NCBI GenBank assembly: GCA_964486045.1
Contig: CAZALK010000018.1
Span: forward strand, 30,089 to 94,088
Length of the DNA stretch: 64,000 nt
Direction of reading: 5' to 3'
Origin: an uncultured archaeon
GTDB lineage: Archaea > Asgardarchaeota > Lokiarchaeia > Sigyniarchaeales > SOKP01
The notes below the pieces were generated by a model. That model had not been told where the DNA came from, ran no database searches, and saw only the letters and a list, made by a program, of their open reading frames with translations. Numbering within the stretch: position 1 is the stretch's first letter; every line of letters starts with the position of its first letter. Of this stretch, positions 19,832-30,303 are shown piece by piece. Both the position numbers and the translations under genes were made by a program.

Positions 19832-20611
19832 ATGGACCTAATAATTCGAAATATGACCAAAGATGATGAATATTATGTTAGTACATGTAATCATATGAAT
19901 GAAAATAATGAAGAAATTGAAATGTCTGCTCTTCGTCGAATAACTTGGCTTAAACGCATGGAATAACATGGTTTGAGAACAAAAGTAGTTTTATTAGGAA
20001 ATATTCAAGTAGGATTCATATATGTTATGCCTATTGAAATAAAGCCATGGGGTATCCAAGGGAATGATTTAATGTTTTTTCCGTGCTTAGTTTCGCGACC
20101 CAAGTTTTCTCTGAAAGGTATAGGAAAAAGATTAATCAAAGCGGCAGAAGAAGAAACATTAAAGCAACAGCGTAAATGTCTTGTTACAATTGGTTGTTTT
20201 TGGGATTTTTAGTTAATGCTCGCCTAATATTTCGTCAAACTCGGGTATGAAATAGCAGCGAAAAAAGGTGTAGAAGCAATTCTTTGGAAACTATTTAACT
20301 CTAGTGCTGATCCTCCTCAATTTAGAGAAATAAACTATAGATATCAACCAGTACAAGGGAAAGTTGTTGTAAACCTATTTTGGAATACTTTCTGCCAAAC
20401 AAGTAATGTAGAAGCCCAAAGAGTAAGAGATGTAGTTTCAGAATTTGAAGATAATGTTATATTCAATGCTATTTCTGCTGACATTCCATCGAATTTACAA
20501 AAATTTGGTCTATCTAGGAGAATCTATATCAATGGTAAATTAATCAAAGTAGGACCGGAGATTGAAAAAGAGAAGTTGAGACAAGAGATTAAAAAAGCAA
20601 AAATTAAATAG
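19832..20611 (+). pseudogene. GNAT-family acetyltransferase (YoaP-like) pseudogene
   Basis: One 260-codon frame from ATG 19832 with in-frame stops at 19964 (TAA), 20210 (TAG) and 20225 (TAA); LKGIGKRLIKAAEEE acetyl-CoA motif; thioredoxin-like C-terminus. Confidence 0.85.
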
Positions 20612-20654
20612 GTTTGGATTAGACAATTAAAAATAAATTGGTTGATTAAACCAA

Positions 20655-22004
20655 ATGGTTAAAATGTTTGTTAAAAATGAATTAAAAAATTTTCAAGAAA
20701 ATAGACCTAAGTCGAAAAAAGTATGGGAGAGAGCACTTAAAGTATTACCAGGAGGAATTTCTCATAATATTCGAACTTTTGGTCTTCCTTTAGTCGGAGG
20801 ATTTCCCGTATTCATTAATTCGAGTAGAGGACCACATCTTACAGATATTGATGGAAATGAATATTTAGATTGTTGGAATGGCCATTTCGCTATGATTTTA
20901 GGTCATAATCATCCAGAAATTCAAAAAACTATCGAGAAATATCTCAAAAATGGATGGCATTTTGGTACAAATACCGAACACCAGGTAAATCTTGCTGAAA
21001 CTATTATTAAAGATAATTCTGGAATTGAAAAGATGAGATTTTGTGTGAGTGGTACTGAAGCTACAATGTATGCTACGCGTCTTGCCCGAGCATTCACTAA
21101 AAGAAGGTTTGTAGCAAAAGCTCGTTTAGGATGGCATGGCGCAAATGATACCTTAAGTTATGACTTAGGAAATTTAATTGGTAGTTCTCATCCTCCCGGA
21201 CTTATTAACGCTGAACAAGCGGGTATCATTACATATGAGATAAATAACGAAAGTACTTTTGATATGATAAAACAAAATGCTGATCAATTAGCAGCAATAA
21301 TTGTAGAGCCTGTCTTAGGAGGAGGTGGTGGTTTTCCAGTCGAACACAGTTTCTTGAGGAGATTGAGAGAAGAAACAGAACTTCATGATATACTTCTTAT
21401 TTTTGATGAGATAATTACAGGTTATCGTTTTACAGATTCGTTATTTCAAAACGAGTTAAATATTTTACCTGATTTAACAACGATGGGTAAAATAATTGGT
21501 GGAGGTATGCCAATAGGTGCTATTGGAGGAAGAACAGATATAATTGAGCAATCTAGCCCTGAATCGGAGAATATGGTGTTAATAGGGGGGGGAACCTTTT
21601 CAGGCTATCCTCTTAGTATGGTTACAGGGTTAAAAACCTTGGAAATATTGAAAAGTTCTCAGCAGGAGTATACTCGTATTAACCAAGAGGGTAATAAAAT
21701 GTTAAATAATTTAAACCAATATTTTGGTGAAGAAAAACTTTCTATCACAGCAATTGGTTATAAATCTATGATTATGCTTCATGCTTTATCAAATTGGATT
21801 GAAAGTCCATCAATGCGAGAAATTTTTCAGTTTAAAGATAAAAAGAAGGAAGCCTTATTACAATTGGCTCTTTTTAATCGAAATATATCAGGATTGCACG
21901 GTTTGGGTTCCATTTCTATGGCTCATACGGATGAAAATATTGCTCGAATACAAGAAGTTGTTCAAAATATAGCACACCCTGTTTCCCAATCAAACTTTAA
22001 TTGA
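20655..22004 (+). CDS. Class III PLP aminotransferase (glutamate-1-semialdehyde aminomutase-like)
   Basis: LPGGISHNIR; SGTEATMYATRLARA; LIFDEIITGYR; DLTTMGKIIGGGMPIGA; GGTFSG. Confidence 0.9.
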   Translation: MVKMFVKNELKNFQENRPKSKKVWERALKVLPGGISHNIRTFGLPLVGGFPVFINSSRGPHLTDIDGNEYLDCWNGHFAMILGHNHPEIQKTIEKYLKNGWHFGTNTEHQVNLAETIIKDNSGIEKMRFCVSGTEATMYATRLARAFTKRRFVAKARLGWHGANDTLSYDLGNLIGSSHPPGLINAEQAGIITYEINNESTFDMIKQNADQLAAIIVEPVLGGGGGFPVEHSFLRRLREETELHDILLIFDEIITGYRFTDSLFQNELNILPDLTTMGKIIGGGMPIGAIGGRTDIIEQSSPESENMVLIGGGTFSGYPLSMVTGLKTLEILKSSQQEYTRINQEGNKMLNNLNQYFGEEKLSITAIGYKSMIMLHALSNWIESPSMREIFQFKDKKKEALLQLALFNRNISGLHGLGSISMAHTDENIARIQEVVQNIAHPVSQSNFN

Positions 22005-22075
22005 AGTTACAAAGGAGAAATTAAGTAAACTATTTTAAAACAACATAAATTTAAAATTCCTGACATGGTGAAGAT

Positions 22076-23119
22076 ATGAATCAAAAATTTGATGTTATAC
22101 AAGTTGGGTTAGGTCCTATGGGTAAAATTATTACTAACCTTCTGTGCAGTCGAAGAAATATTAATCTAAAAGGAGTAGTTGATATTAATCCTCAATTTAT
22201 AGGAAAAAAGCTGAGCGAAATTCTTGAAACTGATCTTGAATTTGATCTTATCATCGAACCCAATTTAGATGGTGTTTTATTAAATGGGAAAGCTGATGTC
22301 GTTATTATTGCCACTTCATCTTCACTGGATAAAGTGGCGCCTTTAATTAAAAAAGCAGCTAAGTCCGGATCGAATATTATTTCGATATGTGAAGAACTAT
22401 CTTATCCTTTTCAGCTTTACCCTAAACTCTCGGAAGAATTGGATGAATTAGCAAAAGTAAATCGAATCACAATTACAGGAACGGGAATAAATCCAGGATA
22501 TCTTATGGATTTGTTACCGATTGTAATCACTGCTCCCTGCCAAAAAATTAAATCAATCGAAGTAACAAGAATGATGAATTCAGCAAAAAGAAGAATACCT
22601 TTCCAAAAAAAAATCGGTACCGGTTTAACAGTTGAAGAATTTCATAGAAAGATTGGCAATAAAGAAATCACGGGGCATGTAGGATTAATTCAATCGATCC
22701 AATTGATAATAGCTTCTCTTGGTTTCACGTATGATGAAATCATTGAATTACCCCCTAAAGAAGTTATTACAGAGAAAGAGCTCAAAACTTCTTATGGGGA
22801 AACAGTGCGTTTAGGTTATGTATGTGGTTTACAAAGTAAAGCTTTTGCGAAAAAAGATGGACGTGAAATAATTGCCTTAGATTTCGTAGCATATGCAGGA
22901 GATCACGAGGAATATGATCGGATAATAATTGATGGGATCCCACGTATAGAACAAAAAATAATAGGTGGTGTTCATGGGGATCTAGGCACTTCTGCCGTGG
23001 TAGTTAATTTAATTCCCAAAGTATTAGCTGCTAGACCCGGATTACTAACAATGAAAGACCTTCCTGTGCCATGTTATACTGGAAATATTTGGAAAAATGA
23101 GAATTTTAAGCTAGAATAG
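22076..23119 (+). CDS. NAD(P)-dependent amine dehydrogenase / 2,4-diaminopentanoate dehydrogenase-like (DapB N-terminal fold)
   Basis: GLGPMG Rossmann motif; CEELSYP; GTGINPG; FQKKIGTG; GHVG; GGVHGD. Confidence 0.85.
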   Translation: MNQKFDVIQVGLGPMGKIITNLLCSRRNINLKGVVDINPQFIGKKLSEILETDLEFDLIIEPNLDGVLLNGKADVVIIATSSSLDKVAPLIKKAAKSGSNIISICEELSYPFQLYPKLSEELDELAKVNRITITGTGINPGYLMDLLPIVITAPCQKIKSIEVTRMMNSAKRRIPFQKKIGTGLTVEEFHRKIGNKEITGHVGLIQSIQLIIASLGFTYDEIIELPPKEVITEKELKTSYGETVRLGYVCGLQSKAFAKKDGREIIALDFVAYAGDHEEYDRIIIDGIPRIEQKIIGGVHGDLGTSAVVVNLIPKVLAARPGLLTMKDLPVPCYTGNIWKNENFKLE

Positions 23120-23152
23120 AAAAATTTATCGTTTATTGACGTTTAGATTATA

Positions 23153-24139
23153 CTAAAAAGCAACACTTATCGGAAAATACAACATAATTGCTAGGATAGC
23201 TGAGATCGGAAAGGTTAATAGCCAAATTGCGACTATTTTCCATAAACCTTTTTTCATCGGAGAATTACTTGCTTTTGAAAGTCCTACTAAAGAAGCCACA
23301 AGCAAGTGAGAACCAGAAAGGGGGATCTTTTGAATTGTCCCAAGAAGCATTACTACTGCTGTTGGCACTTGCACAGCAAATGCTGTACTTGGGCGAAGTT
23401 CCGTCATTTTTCCTAGACTTTTAATAACGATTCTTCCTAAGAGTACTATACCCGCAGCTAAACTTAATCCTGTTATGATTAGTAGTGAGATTACATTTAT
23501 ATTATCACCTGCTCCCATCACTATTCCGACTGCGTTTGAACTATCGTTACCAGCTCTGGAGAAGGCAGTTATACATATAACTATTAATATTAAATATGAA
23601 TACTTAGTTTCAGATCTCTCATAATCTTGAAATCCATTTAAATTCTTAAGTTTATGATTTTGAAGTATTTTAACAACGAGATAGGTAACTGTAAAACCCA
23701 CAACTGGAGATAATAACCACCATATACTCATTCCTAATATAGTCCCCCAATTTACACCTCCCCCACCCCCTAAAAGTAATCCTAATCCTATTATTCCTCC
23801 TATTGTCGAATGAGTTGATGAGATTGGTAGTCCTAATGCACTAGCTACTATTAACCAAATAGCAGTTGAGATCAGTATTGTCATGATAACAGCATTTTGG
23901 CTGACATTAGTTGCATCATAATCAATTAAGAGAATACTACCTCCAACAGATTTTGCAACACCTTCTCCTAACAGAATAGCTCCAGAGATAGCAAAAATTA
24001 TTGCTAAAATGAGTATTTGTTTCATGTTAAGTATCCGAGAGCCATATAAAGGGGCCATAGTCTCATCATTTGCGCCAATAGCTATTGCTATCACGATTGA
24101 AATTGCTAAAAATATCATAAGAATTACTACAGAATCCAT
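23153..24139 (-). CDS. pit: PiT-family inorganic phosphate transporter
   Basis: IGAND and AGNDSSN signatures; LGLPISSTH; IPLSGSH. Confidence 0.9.
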   Translation of the reverse strand: MDSVVILMIFLAISIVIAIAIGANDETMAPLYGSRILNMKQILILAIIFAISGAILLGEGVAKSVGGSILLIDYDATNVSQNAVIMTILISTAIWLIVASALGLPISSTHSTIGGIIGLGLLLGGGGGVNWGTILGMSIWWLLSPVVGFTVTYLVVKILQNHKLKNLNGFQDYERSETKYSYLILIVICITAFSRAGNDSSNAVGIVMGAGDNINVISLLIITGLSLAAGIVLLGRIVIKSLGKMTELRPSTAFAVQVPTAVVMLLGTIQKIPLSGSHLLVASLVGLSKASNSPMKKGLWKIVAIWLLTFPISAILAIMLYFPISVAF

Positions 24140-24174
24140 TTTCTTTCTTCTCCTCTTTGATTACAATTGTATTT

Positions 24175-24861
24175 TTATTTACTTGGATATTTTACAATTA
24201 GGCTTCTTAAAAAATCACTAATTTCTTCAGCTCTGATAATCATATCAAATATTTTTATGCATATTTTCGAAGTTAAATATACTCTTAAGGATTTTTCTTC
24301 TGATTTTTGATATATTAAACCTAATATTTTGTATTTGGCATCACGAGCACTTCGCTTTAGAGTTTCAATATGGAAGCTTTTCTGATAAGCAGTCTTAAAA
24401 TCGGTCTCCATTAAGTTTACCATATCCACAAGAGTATCGATTGTTTCTTGGTATAAATCGTTAATTACTTTCATATCCTTTTTTATATCATCAAAGAGTT
24501 CAAAAGGAAATACCTTAAGCCCCCTTGCCAATTCTTCAGAATTATCTGATAAATCATCCAAATATTTAATTAACCGATAACGATCTTCGACTAAAAAAGG
24601 GAGAGCACGTTTATCTTTATAAAGAATGTTAATATAATTTTCCTTAGCAACATCAGCTTTATGTTCGCATTCTATTACTTTATCTAATTTCTTATTTTTA
24701 ATCTTACTACTAACAAGATCATTAATACAGTCGTGAAGTAAGAGCGAACCTTCTAAAACTTCCATATGGAATTGACTTGCTGCATTTAATAATCGGCTTC
24801 TTTTATTTGTCTTGAGTTTTAATTTCATTCCACTCACATCAAGATTTAATTTAATAATCAC
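24175..24861 (-). CDS. DUF47 / PhoU-like phosphate transport regulator
   Basis: EHKADVAK...LPFLVEDRYRL...DDLSD; lies upstream of pit. Confidence 0.85.
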   Translation of the reverse strand: MIIKLNLDVSGMKLKLKTNKRSRLLNAASQFHMEVLEGSLLLHDCINDLVSSKIKNKKLDKVIECEHKADVAKENYINILYKDKRALPFLVEDRYRLIKYLDDLSDNSEELARGLKVFPFELFDDIKKDMKVINDLYQETIDTLVDMVNLMETDFKTAYQKSFHIETLKRSARDAKYKILGLIYQKSEEKSLRVYLTSKICIKIFDMIIRAEEISDFLRSLIVKYPSK

Positions 24862-24973
24862 AATTATTATTTATTTCTTAAAAAAAATTGTATTTTTTCT
24901 ATTATTGAAAGTTTAAATCCAAATAGAAAAAAAATTAAAAATAAGTAAGATTAAAAGATTTAAAAAATAATTT

Positions 24974-25546
24974 TTGAAACTTCTCTTGCCATTTCTTAAA
25001 ATTAAAGTAGAGGATATAATATTTGATCCAAAAGTACAAACTTACTGCGTAAGTCCTTCATTTAAATGTCCCAATTATGGACATTCATGGACTTGTCCTC
25101 CTGAGGCTCCGTATATGAAAGATGCCGTATCAAAGTTTCAATCTTTTTATCTCATCTATGATGAAATCAATTTAAATGAATACATAAAGAAGAAAAAACT
25201 AGACAATCCAAATTTGAGAGAGGAAAAAATAAGAAATCAAGCATATACAGATAGTGCTTTCAAAAATAATTTAGAAAACGAAATTGATAAGTTTCTTGGA
25301 AATCATCATGAGGATTATGAAGAAAGACTTATTTTATGGGCTGGATTCTGTCGAACTTGTTATAACAATGTTGATAAAGGGTGTACTTATGATAGTGGTA
25401 AACCGTGTAGGTATCCTCATAAACAAAAGTATGCAATGGAAGCGGTTGGAGTAAATGTTACAGACACGGTTAAAAATTTAAGCGTGAATATTGAATGGCC
25501 ACCAGTTAACTTTGTGTATCGTTTCGGATTGATATGCTTCAAATAA
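24974..25546 (+). CDS. DUF2284 metal-binding protein
   Basis: CPNYGHSWTCPP; AGFCRTC...C...PCRYP; AMEAVGVNV. Confidence 0.85.
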   Translation: MKLLLPFLKIKVEDIIFDPKVQTYCVSPSFKCPNYGHSWTCPPEAPYMKDAVSKFQSFYLIYDEINLNEYIKKKKLDNPNLREEKIRNQAYTDSAFKNNLENEIDKFLGNHHEDYEERLILWAGFCRTCYNNVDKGCTYDSGKPCRYPHKQKYAMEAVGVNVTDTVKNLSVNIEWPPVNFVYRFGLICFK

Positions 25547-25630
25547 TTCAATCTAATTAAAAAACTAACAACAAAATTGGACTCCATTTTCTTTTAATAA
25601 AGTTTAAACTTATTTTTTTATAGGTAAAAA

Positions 25631-26158
25631 ATGAATAATAATTTCTATAACATTGCCAATTCAGGCTTATTAACGACGACTTGGGATATAATATGGAATG
25701 ATCCAATTGGTTGGTTTTTAGAACTATCCTTATTCATCCAAATTTTAATTGTTATTGGATTAATAGCCCTTACTATAGCTGCTCTTGTTTTGGTTTATTA
25801 TATCTTAAAAGCTGTTGCTTACTTACTATATTATCTTTTTAAAGGTTTGTATTACCTCTTAAAAGGTATTTATACTGGATTATCAAAGTTATTTGAAGAA
25901 TTAACATATACGATTTCCGGTAAACCAAGGAAAAAGGATCAGACCATACCCCCAATATCTGCGGAATTAATAGAACCACCTGTACATGCTTCCAATTTCG
26001 AAGAAGTAACTGACGTAAAAATCCCATATTATTGTACTGAATGTGGACAAAAAATAACGGAATCTGTGAATGCACTTCTGACAGAAAGAGGAATCGCGTT
26101 TTGTTTTTATTGTGGTACAGAATTTAAGCTGAAAACGGTTAACACTTCGAAGATTTAA
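25631..26158 (+). CDS. Membrane protein with C-terminal zinc ribbon
   Basis: Long hydrophobic helix; CTECG...CFYCG. Confidence 0.7.
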   Translation: MNNNFYNIANSGLLTTTWDIIWNDPIGWFLELSLFIQILIVIGLIALTIAALVLVYYILKAVAYLLYYLFKGLYYLLKGIYTGLSKLFEELTYTISGKPRKKDQTIPPISAELIEPPVHASNFEEVTDVKIPYYCTECGQKITESVNALLTERGIAFCFYCGTEFKLKTVNTSKI

Positions 26159-26212
26159 CACTAGAATAGAATAATTTAAATAAATAAAATATGAGAAGCA
26201 AAAATTTTTTCT

Positions 26213-27520
26213 CTAAAAGATATTACCATCTATAACTATTGTTTCTGATCTATCTGGACCAATTGAAAGGAAAGCGATCTCCGTCTTTAATTCTTCTTTA
26301 ATTGCCTGAGTATATATTTTTGTTGCATCTGGTAATGCATCATATCCCTTTTGGGCAATTTCAGACCATTCCTCTCTGGTTCTAGCCTTCCAACCTTGAA
26401 AAGATTCATAAATTGGGTTACAATTTTCGATTATTTCATGTTGGATTGGCCAGCTTTCGAGAATTTTACCGTTTAATTCATAACCAGTGCATACTTTAAT
26501 AGGATCAATCCCTTCTAAAGCATCTAAAAGTGTAATGATAATTTTATCCACACCATTAACCATTATTCCGAATTTAATATTGAAAAGGTCTAACCACCCA
26601 ACTCTTCTTGGTCTTCCTGTTACCGTACCGTATTCATGACCTTGTTCTCGAATTTTTTCAGAGGTGCCATCAACTAGTTCAGTTGGGAATTTTCCCTCAC
26701 CCACTCTTGAAGTGTAAGCTTTAATAATGCCAACTATTCTGCCAATTTTATTAGGGGGAATGCCTGTTCCTGCACAAATCCCCAAGGCGTTTGAATTTGA
26801 GGAAGTTCCGAAAGGATAAAAGCCATGATCTAAACCCAAAAGACTGCCTTGGGCGGCTTCAAAAACAATTTTCTTTCCAGAATCTATTTCTTTGTTTAAA
26901 TAATAAGCTGTGTCAATTACATAAGGTTTTAACCTCTCACCATAGGATTTGTATTCTTTAAAGATTGAATTTATGTCTGCCTTCCAACTTGGATCATAAA
27001 TGTTAATTTGACTTTTCTTAATAGAATACAATTTTTCTAGTTTTGGTCTCATTATTTCTGGATTTATCAAATCAAAAATTCTAAGACCCCATCGAGCAGC
27101 TTTGTCAGAATATGTAGGTCCAATGCCTCTTTTAGTTGTACCAGCACTGTATTTTCCTTTTGATACTTCTTCTAAGCCATCCAAAATATTATGGAATGGA
27201 AATATGACATGAGCAGTTGAGCTTAATTTTAAGTTAATTTTTTTGTGCAATTTTTTCAAATCTTCAATTTCCTCAAGTAAAACTTTAGGATCGACAACGC
27301 ATCCATTCGCTATAATGCATTCCTTCTCTAAGGGTGCACCGCTTGGCATTATTTTAAATTTATATTTAATTCCATCTGCATTTATCGTATGCCCTGCGTT
27401 ATTTCCTCCATTATATCTTACGACAATATCTGTTCTTTGAGCAAAATAATCAACAAATTTACCTTTGCCTTCATCTCCCCACGATAATCCAATAATAGTG
27501 ATATTTTTACTCATATTCAT
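26213..27520 (-). CDS. purA: Adenylosuccinate synthetase
   Basis: WGDEGKGK; GGNNAGHT; GTTKRGIGPTY; EYGTVTGRPRRVGWLD. Confidence 0.97.
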   Translation of the reverse strand: MNMSKNITIIGLSWGDEGKGKFVDYFAQRTDIVVRYNGGNNAGHTINADGIKYKFKIMPSGAPLEKECIIANGCVVDPKVLLEEIEDLKKLHKKINLKLSSTAHVIFPFHNILDGLEEVSKGKYSAGTTKRGIGPTYSDKAARWGLRIFDLINPEIMRPKLEKLYSIKKSQINIYDPSWKADINSIFKEYKSYGERLKPYVIDTAYYLNKEIDSGKKIVFEAAQGSLLGLDHGFYPFGTSSNSNALGICAGTGIPPNKIGRIVGIIKAYTSRVGEGKFPTELVDGTSEKIREQGHEYGTVTGRPRRVGWLDLFNIKFGIMVNGVDKIIITLLDALEGIDPIKVCTGYELNGKILESWPIQHEIIENCNPIYESFQGWKARTREEWSEIAQKGYDALPDATKIYTQAIKEELKTEIAFLSIGPDRSETIVIDGNIF

Positions 27521-27737
27521 TTCCCACTCATAATACTTAAAATTTAAATCAGTTGATCCTATCCAAAAAAGATTATAATAAACCGTTTAAAAAATTTTTG
27601 GTTAGAAAGAACGGAAATAAAAAAGATACGTACTGATTTTTATATTTGAATTTTCTTTAAAAGTATAACCCCATTGTAATAATCTCTTAATAATCACTAA
27701 ACTACTTTTAAAGAGATCTTGCTTTAAAAACTCTAGA

Positions 27738-28676
27738 ATGATGCAGAAAATAACTTTATTATTCGATACGACTCACAATGAAATGTTAAATATAGAAGAG
27801 AAAGAGTTTTCTGATTTCTTAAATCTTTTGAATAGGATAGATGTAAACGTGAGAAAAGATGAGAACGAACAACTTAAATTAGATATTCTGAAGGAAATCG
27901 ATCTTCTAGTCATAGGAAATCCTATTGATGATTTCTTCTCAAGTATCGAAGTTAAATTAATCGTGGATTTTGTAAGATCCGGAGGAGGTTTACTATTATT
28001 GAGTGAGTATGGTTCAGATTACTTACAGAAAACCAACTTAAACGACATTGCGGGGAAATTTGGTTTTAAGTTTGAAAAAAATCTTGTTAAAGAGGTTAAC
28101 AAAGCTAATCAAAATTATATTAGTACACTTCACATCATTAATTTTTTAAAACATCAAATTACCAAACATATTAGAGAGATTAAATTGGGAGGATCATGTT
28201 CTCTTTTCTTAAGTAAGGATGCTAAACCATTATTACAAACTAACCAAAACTCTTGGTCGGAAGTTTTCAATAGCTCTACTGAACAGTGGATAAAAGATGA
28301 TGAGGAAAAAAAACACGTTATAGCTGCTTTTACAGAATTTGGCAAGGGAAAAGTAGTAGCAATAGGAGACATTGACATCTTCACTTCTGATTCTAATTTT
28401 GGCTTGAATTCACTAGACAACCAAAAATTTGTTCAGAACGTAATCAACTGGCTAATCGAACCAGTTAAGGAATCAAAGATTAATTCTTTTATTCTTAATC
28501 AACTAGGAGATCTTCAATTTGAAATCAGAGAGTCAAATAAAATATTGAATAATATTATAGAAACAATGACGATTCTAGAGAAGAGGATAAGCTACCTAGA
28601 AGAAAATTCTCGAATTCACTCTCATCCAATCAATGTCGATCAGGATGGGGAGAGGGAATCATTACAAGAAGAGTAG
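27738..28676 (+). CDS. GIFT/DUF4350-like (GldG/IFT52-type, class I GATase-like fold) protein with C-terminal coiled coil
   Basis: LLFDTTHNE; LLVIGNP...FSSIEVKLIVDFVRSGGGLLL; GKGKVVAIGD; DNQKFVQNVINWL; heptad tail. Confidence 0.7.
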   Translation: MMQKITLLFDTTHNEMLNIEEKEFSDFLNLLNRIDVNVRKDENEQLKLDILKEIDLLVIGNPIDDFFSSIEVKLIVDFVRSGGGLLLLSEYGSDYLQKTNLNDIAGKFGFKFEKNLVKEVNKANQNYISTLHIINFLKHQITKHIREIKLGGSCSLFLSKDAKPLLQTNQNSWSEVFNSSTEQWIKDDEEKKHVIAAFTEFGKGKVVAIGDIDIFTSDSNFGLNSLDNQKFVQNVINWLIEPVKESKINSFILNQLGDLQFEIRESNKILNNIIETMTILEKRISYLEENSRIHSHPINVDQDGERESLQEE

Positions 28677-28783
28677 TCTATGAATCAACTGGATTATTCA
28701 TAAATACAATTAAATATTAAAAACTTAAATTTCTATTATACTCAATTTCAATCTTATTAAACTTATTTAGGAGTGATAAAAAA

Positions 28784-30229
28784 ATGCCATTAAAAACACC
28801 AGATGAATATCTTGAATCAATTAAAAAACCAGTTAATTTATATATGTTTGGCGAAAAGGTAAAGGAGTTTTGGAATCACCCTATTATCAGACCTTCAATA
28901 AACACGGTAATGAAAATTTATGAATTAGCACAATTAGATGAATATAAAGATATAATGACAACCACATCTCACTTAACAGGTGAGATTATAAATAGATTTA
29001 CTCACATTCATCAATCTATAGATGATTTAATTAGAAAGGTGCAGATGCAACGATTATTAGGACAGCATACTGCTTGTTGTTTTCAAAGGTGTGTAGGGTT
29101 TGATGGCGCCAATGCTCTTTATAGTGTTACCTATGAGATGGATAAGAAATATGGTTCTAAGTACCATGAACGGTTCAAAAAATTTTGGATAGACGTACAA
29201 AATCAAGATTTGATAGTAGGTGGTGCAATGACAGACACTAAGGGCGATCGAAGTAAAAGACCTAATCAACAACCTGATCCTGATGCTTATTTACATATTG
29301 TAGATGAAAATGATCTAGGGATTATAGTTCGCGGGGCAAAAGTTCACCAAACAGGATTTTTAAATTCTCACAAGGTTATGGTAATGCCTACGTTAGCTTT
29401 AAGACCTGGTGAAGAGGAATATGCTGTAAGTTTTGGAATTGATGCTAATACAAAAGGAATAACACTAGTCTACGGTAGACAATCATGTGACACACGTAAA
29501 TTAGAAGAAGGAAAGTTAGATATAGGTAATTATAAATTTGGAGGTCAAGAAATTTTTGTCATCTTTGAAGATGTATTTGTTCCAGAGGAAAACATTTTCA
29601 TGAAAGGAGAAATTGAGTTCTCAGGTGAATTAGTTAACCGGTTTGGAGGATTTCATCGTCAATCTTACGGAGGATGTAAGGTAGGGGTTGGAGACGTGCT
29701 TATTGGAGCCGCTGCATTAATTTCAGAGTATAATGGGACTGATAAAGCATCTCACATAAGGGATAAACTTGTTGAGATGGTTCACCTAAATGAAACACTT
29801 TATAGTTGTGGGATTGCGTGCAGTTCTTTAGGATTCAAGAGAGAAGCGGGAAATTACGAAATGGATATGCTTTTGGCAAATGTATGTAAACAAAATGTGA
29901 CTAGATTTCCCTATGAGATCGGGAGATTAGCAGAGGATATAGCTGGAGGTATTATTTGCACTTTACCGTCTGAAGCCGATTTCAAATCAAAACAAGTTGG
30001 ACCTCTGTTAGAGAAATATCTTACCACATGTGAAGGATTACGTGTTGAAGATCGTTATCGGGTTTTGCGTTTTATTGAAAATTTAACTATGGGTGTATCC
30101 TCCGTCAGTTATAAAACAGAATCAATGCACGGAGCTGGTTCTCCCCAGGCTCAGAGAATTATGATATCACGGGGAGCAGATTTGGAAGGAAAGAAAAAAT
30201 TTGTCAAAAAAATTTTAGATGTTGAATAA
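28784..30229 (+). CDS. abfD: 4-hydroxybutyryl-CoA dehydratase / vinylacetyl-CoA isomerase
   Basis: CFQRCVGFD; GAMTDTKGDRS; RGAKVHQTG; HRQSYGGCK; ESMHGAGSPQAQ. Confidence 0.93.
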   Translation: MPLKTPDEYLESIKKPVNLYMFGEKVKEFWNHPIIRPSINTVMKIYELAQLDEYKDIMTTTSHLTGEIINRFTHIHQSIDDLIRKVQMQRLLGQHTACCFQRCVGFDGANALYSVTYEMDKKYGSKYHERFKKFWIDVQNQDLIVGGAMTDTKGDRSKRPNQQPDPDAYLHIVDENDLGIIVRGAKVHQTGFLNSHKVMVMPTLALRPGEEEYAVSFGIDANTKGITLVYGRQSCDTRKLEEGKLDIGNYKFGGQEIFVIFEDVFVPEENIFMKGEIEFSGELVNRFGGFHRQSYGGCKVGVGDVLIGAAALISEYNGTDKASHIRDKLVEMVHLNETLYSCGIACSSLGFKREAGNYEMDMLLANVCKQNVTRFPYEIGRLAEDIAGGIICTLPSEADFKSKQVGPLLEKYLTTCEGLRVEDRYRVLRFIENLTMGVSSVSYKTESMHGAGSPQAQRIMISRGADLEGKKKFVKKILDVE

Positions 30230-30303
30230 ATAAGTGGAAAAAAGTTTTAATTTAACGAAATTAAGAATTTAATATTATTAATTAGAACTTTGAGTCGCAT
30301 ATT

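Noticed and set aside
19952-19975. Small hairpin around the first GNAT stop codon
   Set aside because: Only a 1-nt bulge, and two further stops lie downstream; simple nonsense decay explains it
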